From assembly GCA_963674965.2 (NCBI GenBank), contig CAXXFL010000002.1, forward strand, positions 672,001 to 736,000: a DNA stretch of 64,000 nucleotides, written 5' to 3'. The translations under genes were made by a program, and so were the position numbers. Source of the DNA: a bacterium. Its GTDB lineage: Bacteria; RBG-13-61-14; DATKZS01. Every line of letters starts with the position of its first letter. Positions within the stretch are counted from its first letter, which is position 1. Of this stretch, positions 19,132-30,071 are shown in pieces. The notes beneath the pieces are model-generated. The model was not told the origin of the DNA. It saw only the letters and a program-made list of their open reading frames with translations, and did not search any database.

Positions 19132-20916
19132 ATGGTTAACCGGATGAGCGCCCTTTTAAAAGGGGAGAGATACGAGACGGTCCCCCCCGGGTCCCCGAAA
19201 AGGGAACTCATGGCCGCCGCCGTCGGCTACGCGCTCATCACGACCATACTCACCTGGCCGATAATAGTATCGCCCGACCAGTACGTCATCTCCGAGTTCA
19301 TGGACGTGGTGGCCGGGTTCTACAATCCCTGGTGGTTCCACAAGGCCCTGGTCGAGCTTCACCAGTCGCCATGGACCAGCCCCCTCATCGATTACCCTTA
19401 CGGCTACTCCATGGTCCTGTACCCCGTCTGGGTACCTTACGACCTTATATGCCTTCCCTTCGTGCATATCGCCGGCATCGAGGGACTGCCGGTCGTCTTC
19501 AATCTCGTCATCCTCGCCGCCTTCGTGGCCAGGGGCCTCTCGGGCTTCGCGTGTGTAAGGTACGTGACGGAAAATCCCGGGGCTTCCTTTTTCGCCGGAC
19601 TGGTGGCGGCCTTCTCGCCCTTCGTCATGTGGAACTTGACCCGCTGGCACGTGACCTGTCTCGAACTGGTGTTGCCCTGCCTTTATTTCTATATCCGGAC
19701 CCTGCGGGAAAACAATACGCGGACCGCCGCCGCCTTCACGGTTTTTTGCGCCCTCATCGCGTATACTTCGCCAAACTACTCCGCCGACATGGTCCTGGCC
19801 ATCCCTCTCATTACAATTCTGCTTTATTTCTCCGAGCCGGGATTCAAGCCCAATCTCGCCGTCGCGAAAAAGCTGGGGCTAGCTTTTACGGCTACCTTCG
19901 TCATTTGTCTTCCCCTTATAATCAGGCTGGCCATGGAAATCCTCGGAAGCGGCGCGCCCGTTTCGCAGGACGAGTCGGTCAGGATTAAATTCTCCGCCAA
20001 CCTTATCGGACTGGTCACGCCGGGAACGAACCTCCAGGCCTACTCGTCCCTTGCGCCCAGGCTGCCCTACCCCGACGAGGGCCTTGGCCGCGAGCACGGC
20101 ATAGGCGGCTATGAGATTTTCCTCGGCTATTCGGTCATCGCCCTGGCCGCGATCGGGGCCGCCTCACGGTGGAAAAAGGCCCTGCCCTTTATCGGCCTGG
20201 CCGCTTTATTCCTTCTTCTCTCAATGGGACCTGCATTCCACGCGGGTCGGTTCACCGCCTCCTTGGCCGCGCCTTATCGCTACCTGGAGGCGCTCCTTCC
20301 CTGGCTAAAGGTCGAGAGGGCCCCGGTCAGGCACATGGGCCTGGTCATGGCCGCCATGGCCGTCCTGGCCGGACTGGGACTCGCTCGCCTGTCCGAATTC
20401 TTTGACGCCAAATGGAGACGGCCGCTTTACGTCCTGACCGCCCTTATTGTGTCGATCGAGTACAACCAGGCCCCTCTCAAGCTGGACCGGATACCCATAC
20501 CGGACTTCGTGTACGAGATACGGGACGATCCCTCGCCGGGGTCCGTGCTCGATATTCCATACCTCCCGGTGGTCAAGCGGATAGGCGGCATTCACCAGAT
20601 GTATCATGAAAAGCCCCTCGTCTATCAGTTGACCCGCCGTCGTGACGACCCCCGCTACCTGGAGGGGACCCTGTTCAAGTATTTCGACCGGCCCGGGAAA
20701 TGGCCGTCCATGCAAGACGAACGAAAAGAGGAGGCCCTGGACGAGCTGCGCGGAGAGTTCGTTCTCCGCGACCTGCGCTACGTCTGCGCCTACCCCAGGT
20801 TCATGGAGCCGGAGGACGTGAAGGGCCTCGAGACCATGATGCGTGACGCGGGCGCTCTTCGGACCCTGGTCGAGAACGACAAGTATATCGTCTATCAACT
20901 CGTGCCTCGGCGATAG
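19132..20916 (+). CDS. Multi-pass membrane protein, GT-C/YfhO-like
   Basis: TWP, WW, YPYG, AAFSP, SANL, FLGY, LSMGP, RAPVR motifs; many TM segments and a soluble C-terminal domain. Confidence 0.65.
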   Translation: MVNRMSALLKGERYETVPPGSPKRELMAAAVGYALITTILTWPIIVSPDQYVISEFMDVVAGFYNPWWFHKALVELHQSPWTSPLIDYPYGYSMVLYPVWVPYDLICLPFVHIAGIEGLPVVFNLVILAAFVARGLSGFACVRYVTENPGASFFAGLVAAFSPFVMWNLTRWHVTCLELVLPCLYFYIRTLRENNTRTAAAFTVFCALIAYTSPNYSADMVLAIPLITILLYFSEPGFKPNLAVAKKLGLAFTATFVICLPLIIRLAMEILGSGAPVSQDESVRIKFSANLIGLVTPGTNLQAYSSLAPRLPYPDEGLGREHGIGGYEIFLGYSVIALAAIGAASRWKKALPFIGLAALFLLLSMGPAFHAGRFTASLAAPYRYLEALLPWLKVERAPVRHMGLVMAAMAVLAGLGLARLSEFFDAKWRRPLYVLTALIVSIEYNQAPLKLDRIPIPDFVYEIRDDPSPGSVLDIPYLPVVKRIGGIHQMYHEKPLVYQLTRRRDDPRYLEGTLFKYFDRPGKWPSMQDERKEEALDELRGEFVLRDLRYVCAYPRFMEPEDVKGLETMMRDAGALRTLVENDKYIVYQLVPRR

Positions 20917-21148
20917 GATATTTGACTTACCCTTTTGTCATTCCCTGAAAAATTGTCCGATCGGTAGAAAACTATTAGATATTGCGTTTCGACTCGTATA
21001 TAATATGATGCCAGGGGAACCCCGGGACTTTCGCGGAAGGGACAACGCGTTGGTCCGGGGAAAATCTATGGCGTGGCCGTCCTTTTCTGGGGAGAGGAAG
21101 ACGGCCGGGCGAAAGGAAGTCATGGGGACAATCAAACGAGAGGGGGGA

Positions 21149-21712
21149 ATGATGGATCTGGTTCGATCGACGATCGGCCCGATCGCCTTTGCCCTGGCCT
21201 TTTCCGCGGCTTATTGCGCCGGCCACAAGCTGGTTAAGGCCGAGGTGGAGAACGGCGCCACCGCGTCTCCCGCTCCGGGCGACACGGTATCCCGGACCGG
21301 GAAGTGCGCTCCGGACGAAAAGGTGAAATGGCTCACGGAGAATGAGGCCGTAACTCTGGGCAAGGAAAGCGGGAAACCGATAGTTATTGTCTTTTACAAC
21401 GACCATTGCAGGAAATGCGAGGTGTTGGAGGACAAGGGGTTCAACAGGCCCGAGACGGCCTGTTACGTTAACGGGCGGCTGGCGGCCTCCAGGATCAACG
21501 GGGAAAAGGAGGCCGAGCTGAAGAAGAAGTATCGGGTAAACTACTACCCCACGGTCTGGTTCCTTACGCCCGAGGCCAAGGAAATCGACTCCTTCAGCGG
21601 GTACGTAGATCCGGACAAGTTGTTTTTAATCCTGCAGTTCGTGGGGGAAAAGGCCTACGAGACCAAAACCTTCGCCGAGTACGAGAAAGAAAAAAAAGGA
21701 CCCTCCCCCTGA
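21149..21712 (+). CDS. Exported thioredoxin-fold protein (SoxW/DsbD-gamma-like)
   Basis: N-terminal signal/anchor, KPIVIVFY..CRKC, YYPT (cis-Pro), GYV; adjacent to ccdA. Confidence 0.82.
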   Translation: MMDLVRSTIGPIAFALAFSAAYCAGHKLVKAEVENGATASPAPGDTVSRTGKCAPDEKVKWLTENEAVTLGKESGKPIVIVFYNDHCRKCEVLEDKGFNRPETACYVNGRLAASRINGEKEAELKKKYRVNYYPTVWFLTPEAKEIDSFSGYVDPDKLFLILQFVGEKAYETKTFAEYEKEKKGPSP

Positions 21713-21837
21713 AGCCGAACGGCCCTTTCGAGGGTCGTGAATAATACGCGGCCCTTCGCCGAAAAAGCGACTATAATATCCAAAGGGCCCGGCCATGTTT
21801 TTGCCCGGCCCAAACGCCAAGGAGGAATTCAGCCAAT

Positions 21838-22587
21838 ATGTTTCAGCAGGCTCCGAGCTTTTTCGCCGCGTTTACCGCGGGTTTTTTGTCTTTTCTGACT
21901 CCATGCGTTCTGCCGCTGGTCCCGGGCTATATCTCTTTCATCTCCGGCGTATCCCTCTCCGACCTTCAACAAAAAGAAGGGGCGGGGGGATGGAAGAAGC
22001 TGATACCCGTCATGCTTTCCACTCTCGCCTTCGTGATCGGCTTCTCGCTGGTGTTCGTGTCCACCGGGGCCCTCATCCAATACCTGGGCGGGACCCTGGC
22101 CGAGTATAAGGTCTGGCTGGTGCGGGCCGCGGGACTGGTGATAATAATTTTCGGACTTCACATGGCGGGCGCTTTCAAGATTCAGGCGCTTTTGCGGGAG
22201 AAGCGACTTGACGGCGGCGCCAAGGGCGGCGGCATACCCCGGGCTTTCGCGCTTGGAGTGGCCTTCGCCTTCGGCTGGACCCCCTGCGTGGGCCCGATCC
22301 TGGGGGCCATCCTGGGCCTGGCCGCGTCGCAGGATAAAATCGGACAAGCCGTCATCCTTATGTGCCTTTACTCGGCCGGCCTGGCCATCCCCTTCTTTTT
22401 AACGGGCCTGGCGGTGGACTCCTTTTTCAAGGCCTTCGACAAAATCAAGCGTCACTTCCGCAAGATCGAGATCGTGGCCGGAAGCCTCCTTGTGGTTATC
22501 GGCGTGGTAATGTTTCTCAACCAGTTCGACCTTTTAAAGGACTTGTTTCTTTATATCGTGCCCGAGAAGCTGAACACCCTGGGTTAA
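21838..22587 (+). CDS. ccdA: Cytochrome c biogenesis protein CcdA
   Basis: AGFLSFLTPCVLPLVPGY and FGWTPCVGPILGAIL, YSAGLAIPF. Confidence 0.93.
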   Translation: MFQQAPSFFAAFTAGFLSFLTPCVLPLVPGYISFISGVSLSDLQQKEGAGGWKKLIPVMLSTLAFVIGFSLVFVSTGALIQYLGGTLAEYKVWLVRAAGLVIIIFGLHMAGAFKIQALLREKRLDGGAKGGGIPRAFALGVAFAFGWTPCVGPILGAILGLAASQDKIGQAVILMCLYSAGLAIPFFLTGLAVDSFFKAFDKIKRHFRKIEIVAGSLLVVIGVVMFLNQFDLLKDLFLYIVPEKLNTLG

Positions 22588-22624
22588 CCGTTTCGCCCGC
22601 TCGGGCGGATAATAGGAGGAGGCC

Positions 22625-23938
22625 ATGAAGACGATCGAAACCGACCACGTAATAGTCGGCTCCGGCCCCGGCGGAGCGGGGGTAGCCCTCGAGTTGGCCC
22701 GGGCGGGCAGGAAGGCGATCATCCTCGAGAAGGGCAGGCGCCATCCCATCACCGACGGCAAGATCAACTCCTACAGGATGTACGACAAGTGGGCGGTCTT
22801 CTCGCGCTCCGAGGAGGGAGTCATAATCGACCGGGCCATAACCCTGGGAGGTTGCTCGGTGGTATTCTCGGGCAATTCCTTCGATCCTCCCGGCTGGCTG
22901 GAGGAGGAGATGGGCCTTAACCTCGCGCCCTACGCTGACGAGGTCAAGGAGGAGATAGGGATAAAGCCCTTTACTGAAGACTTCACCGAGCCCTGGGTCG
23001 GCGCCCGGAGGATGAGGGAGGCGGCGCTCGATCTGGGCGTGGACATGAAGCCGCAGGACAAGTTCATCCGTCAGGAGTCATGCCGCAACGTGTGCGACGG
23101 CTGCATGACGGGCTGCCGCAACGGGGCTAAATGGACGGCCCGGGAATGGATAGACGAGGCGGTGAAGCTTGGCGTCGAGGTAATCACCGAGGCCGACGTA
23201 AAGAAGGTTGTCATCGAGAACGGCAAGGCGGCGGGAGTCGTCGCCGAAACGCCAGGTGGCCGGATCATGGTCAAGGGCGACAAGGTCATCGTCTCGGCGG
23301 GCGGTATCGGCACGGGCGTTCTTCTCCAGAAATCGGGCCTCGAGGAGGCGGGGGGCAACTTTTACATGGACCCCATGAACGTGCTCTTCGGCATGACCGA
23401 CGAGCCCTATAACGATAAAAGCGAGATGACCTTCAGCTACGCCACCAACGACACGGCCGACGAGAGGGGCTACATTATCGGCAACGTGGGGGGCAAGGGA
23501 GCCTGGCTCTCGCAGCTTTTCCGGGCCAAGACCTTTCTCAAGGCCATGCGCTCCGCGGGCAAATGGGACCGCATGATGGGTACCTTCATCAAGATAGCCG
23601 ACTCGGCCGAGGGACGGGTCGAGGCCGACGGCCGGATGAAGAAGCCCTTCAATGGGGAAGACCGCCGCCGGGCCGGCGAGGCCACGGAACTGGCCCGGAA
23701 AATCATGATCAAGGCGGGCGTCAGGCCCGAGACCATACTGGTGGCCGAGAACATCGGCGGCCATCCCGGCGGCACGGCGGCCATGGGCAAGATCGTGGAC
23801 TCGAATCTAGAGGTCATGGGCGTAAGGGACCTTTTCGTCTGCGACGCCGGCGTCTTTCCCCGCTCTCCCGGCAGGCCGCCGACCCTGATGATCCTGGCCC
23901 TGGCCAGGAAGTTCGGACGCGAGTTGGCCGCTGGATAG
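22625..23938 (+). CDS. GMC-family FAD-dependent oxidoreductase
   Basis: IVGSGPGG, LGG.S, Cys cluster CRNVCDGCMTGC, SAGGIGT, HPGGT, LFVCDAGVFP..PT. Confidence 0.88.
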   Translation: MKTIETDHVIVGSGPGGAGVALELARAGRKAIILEKGRRHPITDGKINSYRMYDKWAVFSRSEEGVIIDRAITLGGCSVVFSGNSFDPPGWLEEEMGLNLAPYADEVKEEIGIKPFTEDFTEPWVGARRMREAALDLGVDMKPQDKFIRQESCRNVCDGCMTGCRNGAKWTAREWIDEAVKLGVEVITEADVKKVVIENGKAAGVVAETPGGRIMVKGDKVIVSAGGIGTGVLLQKSGLEEAGGNFYMDPMNVLFGMTDEPYNDKSEMTFSYATNDTADERGYIIGNVGGKGAWLSQLFRAKTFLKAMRSAGKWDRMMGTFIKIADSAEGRVEADGRMKKPFNGEDRRRAGEATELARKIMIKAGVRPETILVAENIGGHPGGTAAMGKIVDSNLEVMGVRDLFVCDAGVFPRSPGRPPTLMILALARKFGRELAAG

Positions 23939-23956
23939 GTCGGGTATCGAGGGCGT

Positions 23957-24010
23957 CGGCCGCCTTTCCGGCCGGACAATGGAAAGTCGGCCGGGTCCCT
24001 TTTCTTTTTC
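23957..24010 (+). terminator. Probable intrinsic terminator
   Basis: GGCCG-CTTTCC / GGAAAG-CGGCC stem followed by a T-rich tract, downstream of the GMC gene. Confidence 0.5.
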
Positions 24011-24131
24011 GCTCTATAGTGCTAATTTAGCCAAGTCGAGATAAATCGCCGGCTCGTCCGGCCCCAAAATTATGCTTAATCAACCTCATGAGGCAAGGGG
24101 CTATTAAGCCGCTCCCTGGCAAGCGGAGAGA

Positions 24132-24497
24132 ATGAACATGCGCGGCATGTCGGACGTTCCGAAAAAAATCCTCGATTTCGAACAGGCCCTCGATCGGGTG
24201 GGCGGAAGAAAGGCCCTTCTCGTTAAGATCATCAACACCTTCGTGCATGAGATTCCCGGCCAGATCGCCCATCTGCAGCAGGCCCTGCGGGCGAACGACA
24301 TGGAGGAAGCCGAGAGAAAGGCCCATGGAATGAACGGCTCGGCCAGCCTGATCGGCGCCGATCGCTTCCGCGGCAAGGCCCTCCAGATCGAGCTTTGCCT
24401 CAAGTCCGGCTCCGTTCCCACCAGCGAACAGCTTGAGGAGCTGGACGGCGAGTTTCAGGCTTTCATGGATGAAGTCGGAAGGCGTAAGCTTCTCTAG
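24132..24497 (+). CDS. Stand-alone Hpt (histidine phosphotransfer) protein
   Basis: LDRVGG...AHGMNGSASLIGA...LE pattern. Confidence 0.88.
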   Translation: MNMRGMSDVPKKILDFEQALDRVGGRKALLVKIINTFVHEIPGQIAHLQQALRANDMEEAERKAHGMNGSASLIGADRFRGKALQIELCLKSGSVPTSEQLEELDGEFQAFMDEVGRRKLL

Positions 24498-26011
24498 TCC
24501 CCTTCTTTCTCCCGTTCAGGTTTGATCCTTCTTTTTTCCAGCTTTCCCGTCAGGGTACGGGGGATTTCCCGAACGAACTCGACCTTTCTCGGTCTTTTAT
24601 AGCGTGCTATCCGCTGGGCGCACCAGTTAATGACCTCCTCCTCCGTAAGGCCCGAGCCCGGTTTCTTCATAACGTAGGCCTCGGCCCTCTCTCCCCAAAT
24701 GGGATCGGGCTTTCCCACCACCGCCGCGTCCACCACCTCGGGGTGCTCGACGATGGCGGCCTCGATCTCGGAGGGGGAGACGTTCTCGCCTCCCGTGATG
24801 ATAAGCTGCTTTTTCCGGTCCACGATGTAGAAGAAGCCATCGGAGTCGGTCCTGGCCAGGTCGCCGGTGTAAAGCCAGCCGTCCCTGACCGCGTCGGCCG
24901 TGGCCTCGGGCTTGTCCCAGTAGCCCTTCATCACGTGGCCGGCCCGGATTATGACCTCCCCCACCTGGTTCACGGGAACGTCCAAACCGTTGTCGTCCAC
25001 CAGCCTGACCTCGGTGTGAAAAAACGGCAGGCCGCAGGACCCCATCTTCTCCAGGGCGTACTCTCCGTCAATGACCAGCACCGGGCCCGAGCTCTCGGTA
25101 AGGCCGTAAAGCTGCCTGACCCTGATGCCGTGGCCCGCGTACTCCCGGATGAGATCGGAGGGGGTGGCCGAGCCGTAGCTGAGGATATTTTCCACCCGGT
25201 CCATGCCCTTTTCCTTGAAGATTCCCGTCTCCTTGATAAAGAAAAGCATGGTGGGCACGACCCCGAAAGAGTTGACCCCCTCCTCGTTAACCAGTTCGAC
25301 GAACCGGTGAGGGTTGAACTTGCGCGGAAGCACGCAGCTTATGCCCCGGTGCATGAAAAAGGGAAGCCATCCCAGGGCCCCGATGTGAAAAAAGGGAAGA
25401 GGCAAAAGGAAGCTCGGCCCCAGCCGGTTGAGGGTCGCGCTCATGGTGATCGAGGCCCAGAGGAAATTCTCGTGCGTGAGCATGACTCCCCTGGGCTTTC
25501 CCGCCACCCATCCGGTGTAGATTATAACCAGCTCGTCGTCGTTTCCTCCCTCCACCATGGGCTCGAAGTCCTTGGCCCGGGACATGAGGTCCTCATAGGA
25601 AGGGTCTTTTCCCCTGCCCTCCCCTATCCGGACCGCTCGGAAAGGCGGGACCTCGTCCCTTATCGAGTCGATCAGGCCGTCGAACTCGGGACCGTAAACC
25701 ACCACCCTCGGCCCGGCGTCCTCGATGACGTCCCTCAACTCCGCCGAGCTAAGCCGATGGTTGACCGGGACCAGGATGCCGCCGTTCTTGCCCAGCCCGA
25801 AGAAGAGGTCGTAGTGCTCGACCCCGTTCAGGGCCACCACGCACACGCGGTCCCCGGGCCTGACGCCCAGGCCGTCGGTGACGTGAGCCATGCGGTTGGC
25901 CCGCTTGTTAAGCTCGTGGAACGTGTATCTTTTGCCTTCCGCTACCAGGCCCACCGTGCCCGGGTTGAGCATGGCCCGCTTGGTAAGGAACCTGCCGGCG
26001 TTAACGTTCAT
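24494..26011 (-). CDS. Long-chain acyl-CoA synthetase / AMP-binding enzyme
   Basis: IIYTGWVAGKPRG (variant P-loop), YGLTE, TGD, DRKK..IITGGENV, GK. Confidence 0.92.
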   Translation of the reverse strand: MNVNAGRFLTKRAMLNPGTVGLVAEGKRYTFHELNKRANRMAHVTDGLGVRPGDRVCVVALNGVEHYDLFFGLGKNGGILVPVNHRLSSAELRDVIEDAGPRVVVYGPEFDGLIDSIRDEVPPFRAVRIGEGRGKDPSYEDLMSRAKDFEPMVEGGNDDELVIIYTGWVAGKPRGVMLTHENFLWASITMSATLNRLGPSFLLPLPFFHIGALGWLPFFMHRGISCVLPRKFNPHRFVELVNEEGVNSFGVVPTMLFFIKETGIFKEKGMDRVENILSYGSATPSDLIREYAGHGIRVRQLYGLTESSGPVLVIDGEYALEKMGSCGLPFFHTEVRLVDDNGLDVPVNQVGEVIIRAGHVMKGYWDKPEATADAVRDGWLYTGDLARTDSDGFFYIVDRKKQLIITGGENVSPSEIEAAIVEHPEVVDAAVVGKPDPIWGERAEAYVMKKPGSGLTEEEVINWCAQRIARYKRPRKVEFVREIPRTLTGKLEKRRIKPEREKEGD

Positions 26012-26139
26012 CTCTCCCCCATTCGTCCTTCTTCTTGCGACGCCCGGACCCGAGGCCGTATACGACAGCAAAGCGGCGACCTCGGGCCTTGGCTCTCACT
26101 GACCCGTAACAAGATTGTACCGATACTCGCCCGGCCATT

Positions 26140-27633
26140 TCAATCCCCCGTCATGTAAGGAGTTATAGCCGAGTCAGCCTCAAGCCTCTTGATAAGGCGA
26201 GAGGCCTTGGGATGAGCGGGATCGAGTTCGGCCGCCTTCCGGGCGTAAGGCAGCCCGCGGTGTGGCCTCTCCATGTAAAGGCCCGTCTCGACGGCGATCC
26301 GGTAATACGTTTCCGCCCAGACCTTGTCCGGGATGGTCGATCTATAAGAGTTGACGCGGTCCTCGTAAATTTTATCCCATCCAGGCTTGAGGTCGGCCAG
26401 GCCTGATTCCCCCATGGCCCCGATCAGGGACTTGATTAAAATGACCTCCCCTTCCGGACTCGGGTGACAGTGGTCGAAAAAAAGCCTTTCCTCCGCTCCG
26501 TGGTCCTTGTCCCTTTCGGTCTGGAAGCTTTTTTCGGCGTCGGCCAGAAATACGCCCTTCCTTTCAGCCACCCGTCGGAGAGCGCGGATAAGGTCGGAGG
26601 TGGCGCGGACGGGCATGGGATCGCGGTCTCGCGCCCTTAAAAAGGAGGTCCGGGCCAGGGAGTAATAATCTTCATCTCGAGCCGCCTCCCCGATTCCATC
26701 CATCTTCATGTAAAAAGAGCCGGCCTCGAAGGACAGCCACGCGTCGTTTCCGTAACGGGCTTTAAGTCGCTCGATACCCTCGCCCACCTCGTCCAGCTCG
26801 GGACCGCTCGCTTTGATCAACTCGGCGTCAATGGTCCGGGCCTCGTCCCAGGGGACCCGGCTGGGTCCGTGAGGCCGGTAATCGAAAGAGTTGGAGGGAA
26901 GAGCGGCCAATATCATGACGACGCCTTTTTCCCCGCACGCCTGGGCTATCCGGGTCAGGTCCTTTTCAAAGCTTTTGGCCACGAGTTGTCTTTCGCGTTC
27001 CGTCACGACGTGAGGGTAAACCTTTTCCTTGCCAAGCGTGCCCCTGCTCCATCTGAAGAGTCCACGCAGGAGACGGTATGTCCTGGTCATGGCCAATATC
27101 TTTTCCGCCGCTCCCACCCCCTCGGCGTCCCAGGTCGTGAACCTTCGCTCGAGGAACTCGTTATGACCCGTCATGACGATGATCGCGTCGGGTTCGTGGT
27201 CAAGCGCCTCCTCGACTACCTCGAGTATTTCACAAGCGGCGTAGGCGAAACCTCCCGCGTTAACAATCTCGTGGCCGACCCCGGGATCGGCCGCGTCCAG
27301 GCCTATTTTAATGAGGCTGGCGGGTCCAAAGGCGCTTTCCATGGGAAAGCCCATGGCGGTGGACCCGCCGACGATGAATATCCTGGTGGTACGCGGCGGC
27401 TTTTTAGCGGCGAAACTCTGGCGCATGAAGAAAAGTTGTTCAGGATTAGTCTCGAATATTTTCCCTTTTTGAATGAATACCGGCCCGGGACGCAAAAACA
27501 GCTTTCTTATCGGGGTCCCCGGCGAGGCGACGCCCAGCGCCGCGAGAATAATCTCGATCAGGACCAAAACGCCCACTCCCATGGCAAGCGCCATGAAGCG
27601 TCTTTTCCACGGGTTCGCCGAAGGGGAAGTCAT
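26140..27633 (-). CDS. Membrane-anchored SGNH/GDSL-like hydrolase with TPR-like elements
   Basis: N-terminal TM, VGGSTAMG, NAG, GHNEF, DHCHP blocks. Confidence 0.75.
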   Translation of the reverse strand: MTSPSANPWKRRFMALAMGVGVLVLIEIILAALGVASPGTPIRKLFLRPGPVFIQKGKIFETNPEQLFFMRQSFAAKKPPRTTRIFIVGGSTAMGFPMESAFGPASLIKIGLDAADPGVGHEIVNAGGFAYAACEILEVVEEALDHEPDAIIVMTGHNEFLERRFTTWDAEGVGAAEKILAMTRTYRLLRGLFRWSRGTLGKEKVYPHVVTERERQLVAKSFEKDLTRIAQACGEKGVVMILAALPSNSFDYRPHGPSRVPWDEARTIDAELIKASGPELDEVGEGIERLKARYGNDAWLSFEAGSFYMKMDGIGEAARDEDYYSLARTSFLRARDRDPMPVRATSDLIRALRRVAERKGVFLADAEKSFQTERDKDHGAEERLFFDHCHPSPEGEVILIKSLIGAMGESGLADLKPGWDKIYEDRVNSYRSTIPDKVWAETYYRIAVETGLYMERPHRGLPYARKAAELDPAHPKASRLIKRLEADSAITPYMTGD

Positions 27634-27717
27634 GAATAAACATTATCATGCATATGTCCGCCATCCAACGAGATGGGTCCCTTGTCGAAAAACCTGGTAC
27701 GGCCGCTATGCCGAAGG

Positions 27718-28917
27718 CTAAATCTGGACCTTAAATTTTTTGATAATGAATGAGGCGGCGATGCCGACTAGGAAGGCCCATCCCATATTGGACAGGGCCA
27801 GGGCCGCCGCGGCGATAAGGAAGACCACGAAAAGGTCGCCCTTTTCGCTAACGTCGCGGACGAGCAGGCTGAGCTCGAGCCCGGAGAAGACCAGCAGGGC
27901 CCCGAGTATGGCCAGCGGCATGAGGGTAATAAGTCCATGGCTTATCTGGCCAAGTGGCAGCGCCAGCGCGAGGAAGGCGGCTCCGATGATCAAATTGGAC
28001 CCTCCCGTCCTGGCCCCGAAACGGTAATGGGCCGCCAAACCTCCCGCGCCGTGGCACATGGGCATGGCGCCCATGAAACCGGCCGGCAGATTAATAAGGC
28101 CCATGGTCATGGCGAACCTTCTGGGCGTGGCCCTTTCCAAATAGGGCGAGCCGGCAAAAAGGGAACAGGCCGTGTCGGCCGTGCCCACGGCGGCGTTGCC
28201 TATGGTGAGGGGAAGCTGCGGCAGCACCAGGAGGGCGAGGGCGGTCGAGAAATCCTCTAGACTGGGCCAGTAAAACGATATTGGAGTGGGGCCCAGGGCC
28301 GGCTTAATATCCTGGTAGCCGCCAAGGGCCAGGCCGAGAACAAGGCCCGCGACCACCGCCGCGATGGCCGCCGGCAGCTTTTTATTGTTCAGGAGAAGGA
28401 GAATGAGAGGAAAGGCGACAAGCCCGACGTACAGATTCGTCGAGAGACCGGGACCGGCGAGTTCGGCCCCCTTCAGCGTCAGGTCGGAGCCGGCCATGAA
28501 AAGGATGCCCTTCTTGGCCAGAATAAGTCCAAGACCCAGTTGAATGCCCCTGACGACGGGCCGGGTAAAGAGCCGGGCCATGGCCTCGACGGCCCCGGAA
28601 AGGGACAGGACCAGAAGAATGGCGCCGAACAGCAAGCCGGCGGCCGCCAGGGTGGACTGGGTTATCTGCCCGGCGGGGGCGGCTATGGCCACGGCCGCCA
28701 CCACCTTGAGCGGCTGTACCGGTATGGGCAGGCGATAGTACAGGCCGGACAGGATATAGAAAAGCCCTATCCAGAGGAACACCGAGGTGGGGCTGAGGCC
28801 GTTGTTGACGATAAGCCCGGCTGTAAGGGGAATGAGGGTACCCAAGTCCCCAAGGGACCCGGCCATCTCGGTCCGGTTGAACATAAAGGCCGCCGATTCA
28901 TTTTGCTTTTCCGCCAT
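27718..28917 (-). CDS. Putative molybdate/sulfate transporter (MOT1-like)
   Basis: EMAGSLGDLGT, PIPVQPLK, VVRGIQLGLG, PQLPLTIGNA, MPMCHGAGGLAAHYRFGARTG. Confidence 0.9.
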   Translation of the reverse strand: MAEKQNESAAFMFNRTEMAGSLGDLGTLIPLTAGLIVNNGLSPTSVFLWIGLFYILSGLYYRLPIPVQPLKVVAAVAIAAPAGQITQSTLAAAGLLFGAILLVLSLSGAVEAMARLFTRPVVRGIQLGLGLILAKKGILFMAGSDLTLKGAELAGPGLSTNLYVGLVAFPLILLLLNNKKLPAAIAAVVAGLVLGLALGGYQDIKPALGPTPISFYWPSLEDFSTALALLVLPQLPLTIGNAAVGTADTACSLFAGSPYLERATPRRFAMTMGLINLPAGFMGAMPMCHGAGGLAAHYRFGARTGGSNLIIGAAFLALALPLGQISHGLITLMPLAILGALLVFSGLELSLLVRDVSEKGDLFVVFLIAAAALALSNMGWAFLVGIAASFIIKKFKVQI

Positions 28918-29027
28918 CGTATCGAGATTATTAGCGAACGCCCCGAGGGTCAAGTTTGTTCCCTCGATTTTACTTTCGCCGGTCCATTAATTAAAATTAT
29001 TTCTCGACGGGGACCCTGGAAACGAAA

Positions 29028-30071
29028 ATGAAAAGTGAAACAGCCTCGAGCGCCTTATCGGCGGCCGGTCGTTATTACAATATCCACGGAGTGAGCGTTT
29101 CCCTCGAGTTGGCCGACGAGGAGATGGCGTCACAAATCCGCCGCAGGTTCGCTCCCTACGAGGCCGCCGAGGACGGCGGGGGACAAAGAGGCGGCCTCAA
29201 AATCGAGTTGTCCACTGGAGACCGCCTTTACCCCGTGCCGCTCCACGCCGCGAGGGTCCTCCGATATGGGCCCCTTCGCAGCTACTTCATAAATGGCCGC
29301 ACTTATTTCACCGATTACTTTTCCACCATGGAAATTGACCCCGCGGGAGAGCGCGTGGTCGGCAATATCAGCCCCGAGACGCTAAAGGAATTCGGCGTGA
29401 ACTTCCTCGTGGACCTTATGTTCACGCTGACCCTTTTCGAGGCCCTCAGGTTCCACGGGCTGTTTTATCTTCATTCCGCCGCCCTGGTCGGCCCCGACGG
29501 CTCGGGCTACATGATCAGCGGCAACGCGGGCTCGGGCAAGACCTCTTTGACCATGTGCCTCATCGAGACGGGTTTCAGGTTCCTCTCGGACGACACGGTA
29601 TTCCTCTCTCTTGTAGACGACGGCTCGGTGGAGGTCCGAGGACTGGCCCGGGAGTTTCACGTTCCCGCCGACCTGGTCAAGGAGGGAAGCCGCTTCAACC
29701 ACCTCGAGGCGTTGCCCGATTACTCGTCTTTCAAAAAGAAGAAAACCTTGAGTCCGGACGAGTGGTTCCCCGAAAAACGTCTCGAAGTGATGAAGGACCC
29801 GAGGACCCTGGTCTTTCCCACCATAAACAAAGAGGAAGGCTTCGAGGTCCTTTCCTCCTCGGCCGGTCTTGCCCTTTTACTGCCCCAGAGCCTGTCGGTC
29901 ATGTTCAACCCGCTGCTGGCACGCGATCACCTCGAGGCCATTAAGAGGGCGGTAGCGGGCTCGACCTCCTTCAGGCTGGCCAACGGCCCCTCTTTGAAGG
30001 GAGACCCGGAAAAGGTGAGGGATGTTTTCGAGCGGATGCGGGACCAGTCCCCCCGGAAGGAGAAGAAATGA
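29028..30071 (+). CDS. HprK-related P-loop kinase
   Basis: LHSAAL, GNAGSGKT Walker A, FLSDD. Confidence 0.82.
   Translation: MKSETASSALSAAGRYYNIHGVSVSLELADEEMASQIRRRFAPYEAAEDGGGQRGGLKIELSTGDRLYPVPLHAARVLRYGPLRSYFINGRTYFTDYFSTMEIDPAGERVVGNISPETLKEFGVNFLVDLMFTLTLFEALRFHGLFYLHSAALVGPDGSGYMISGNAGSGKTSLTMCLIETGFRFLSDDTVFLSLVDDGSVEVRGLAREFHVPADLVKEGSRFNHLEALPDYSSFKKKKTLSPDEWFPEKRLEVMKDPRTLVFPTINKEEGFEVLSSSAGLALLLPQSLSVMFNPLLARDHLEAIKRAVAGSTSFRLANGPSLKGDPEKVRDVFERMRDQSPRKEKK

Noticed and set aside
20843-21148. Long N-terminal extension of the thioredoxin-like ORF
   Set aside because: It overlaps the previous gene and an AT-rich promoter-like region; the ATG at 21149 has an RBS and gives a signal-like N-terminus.
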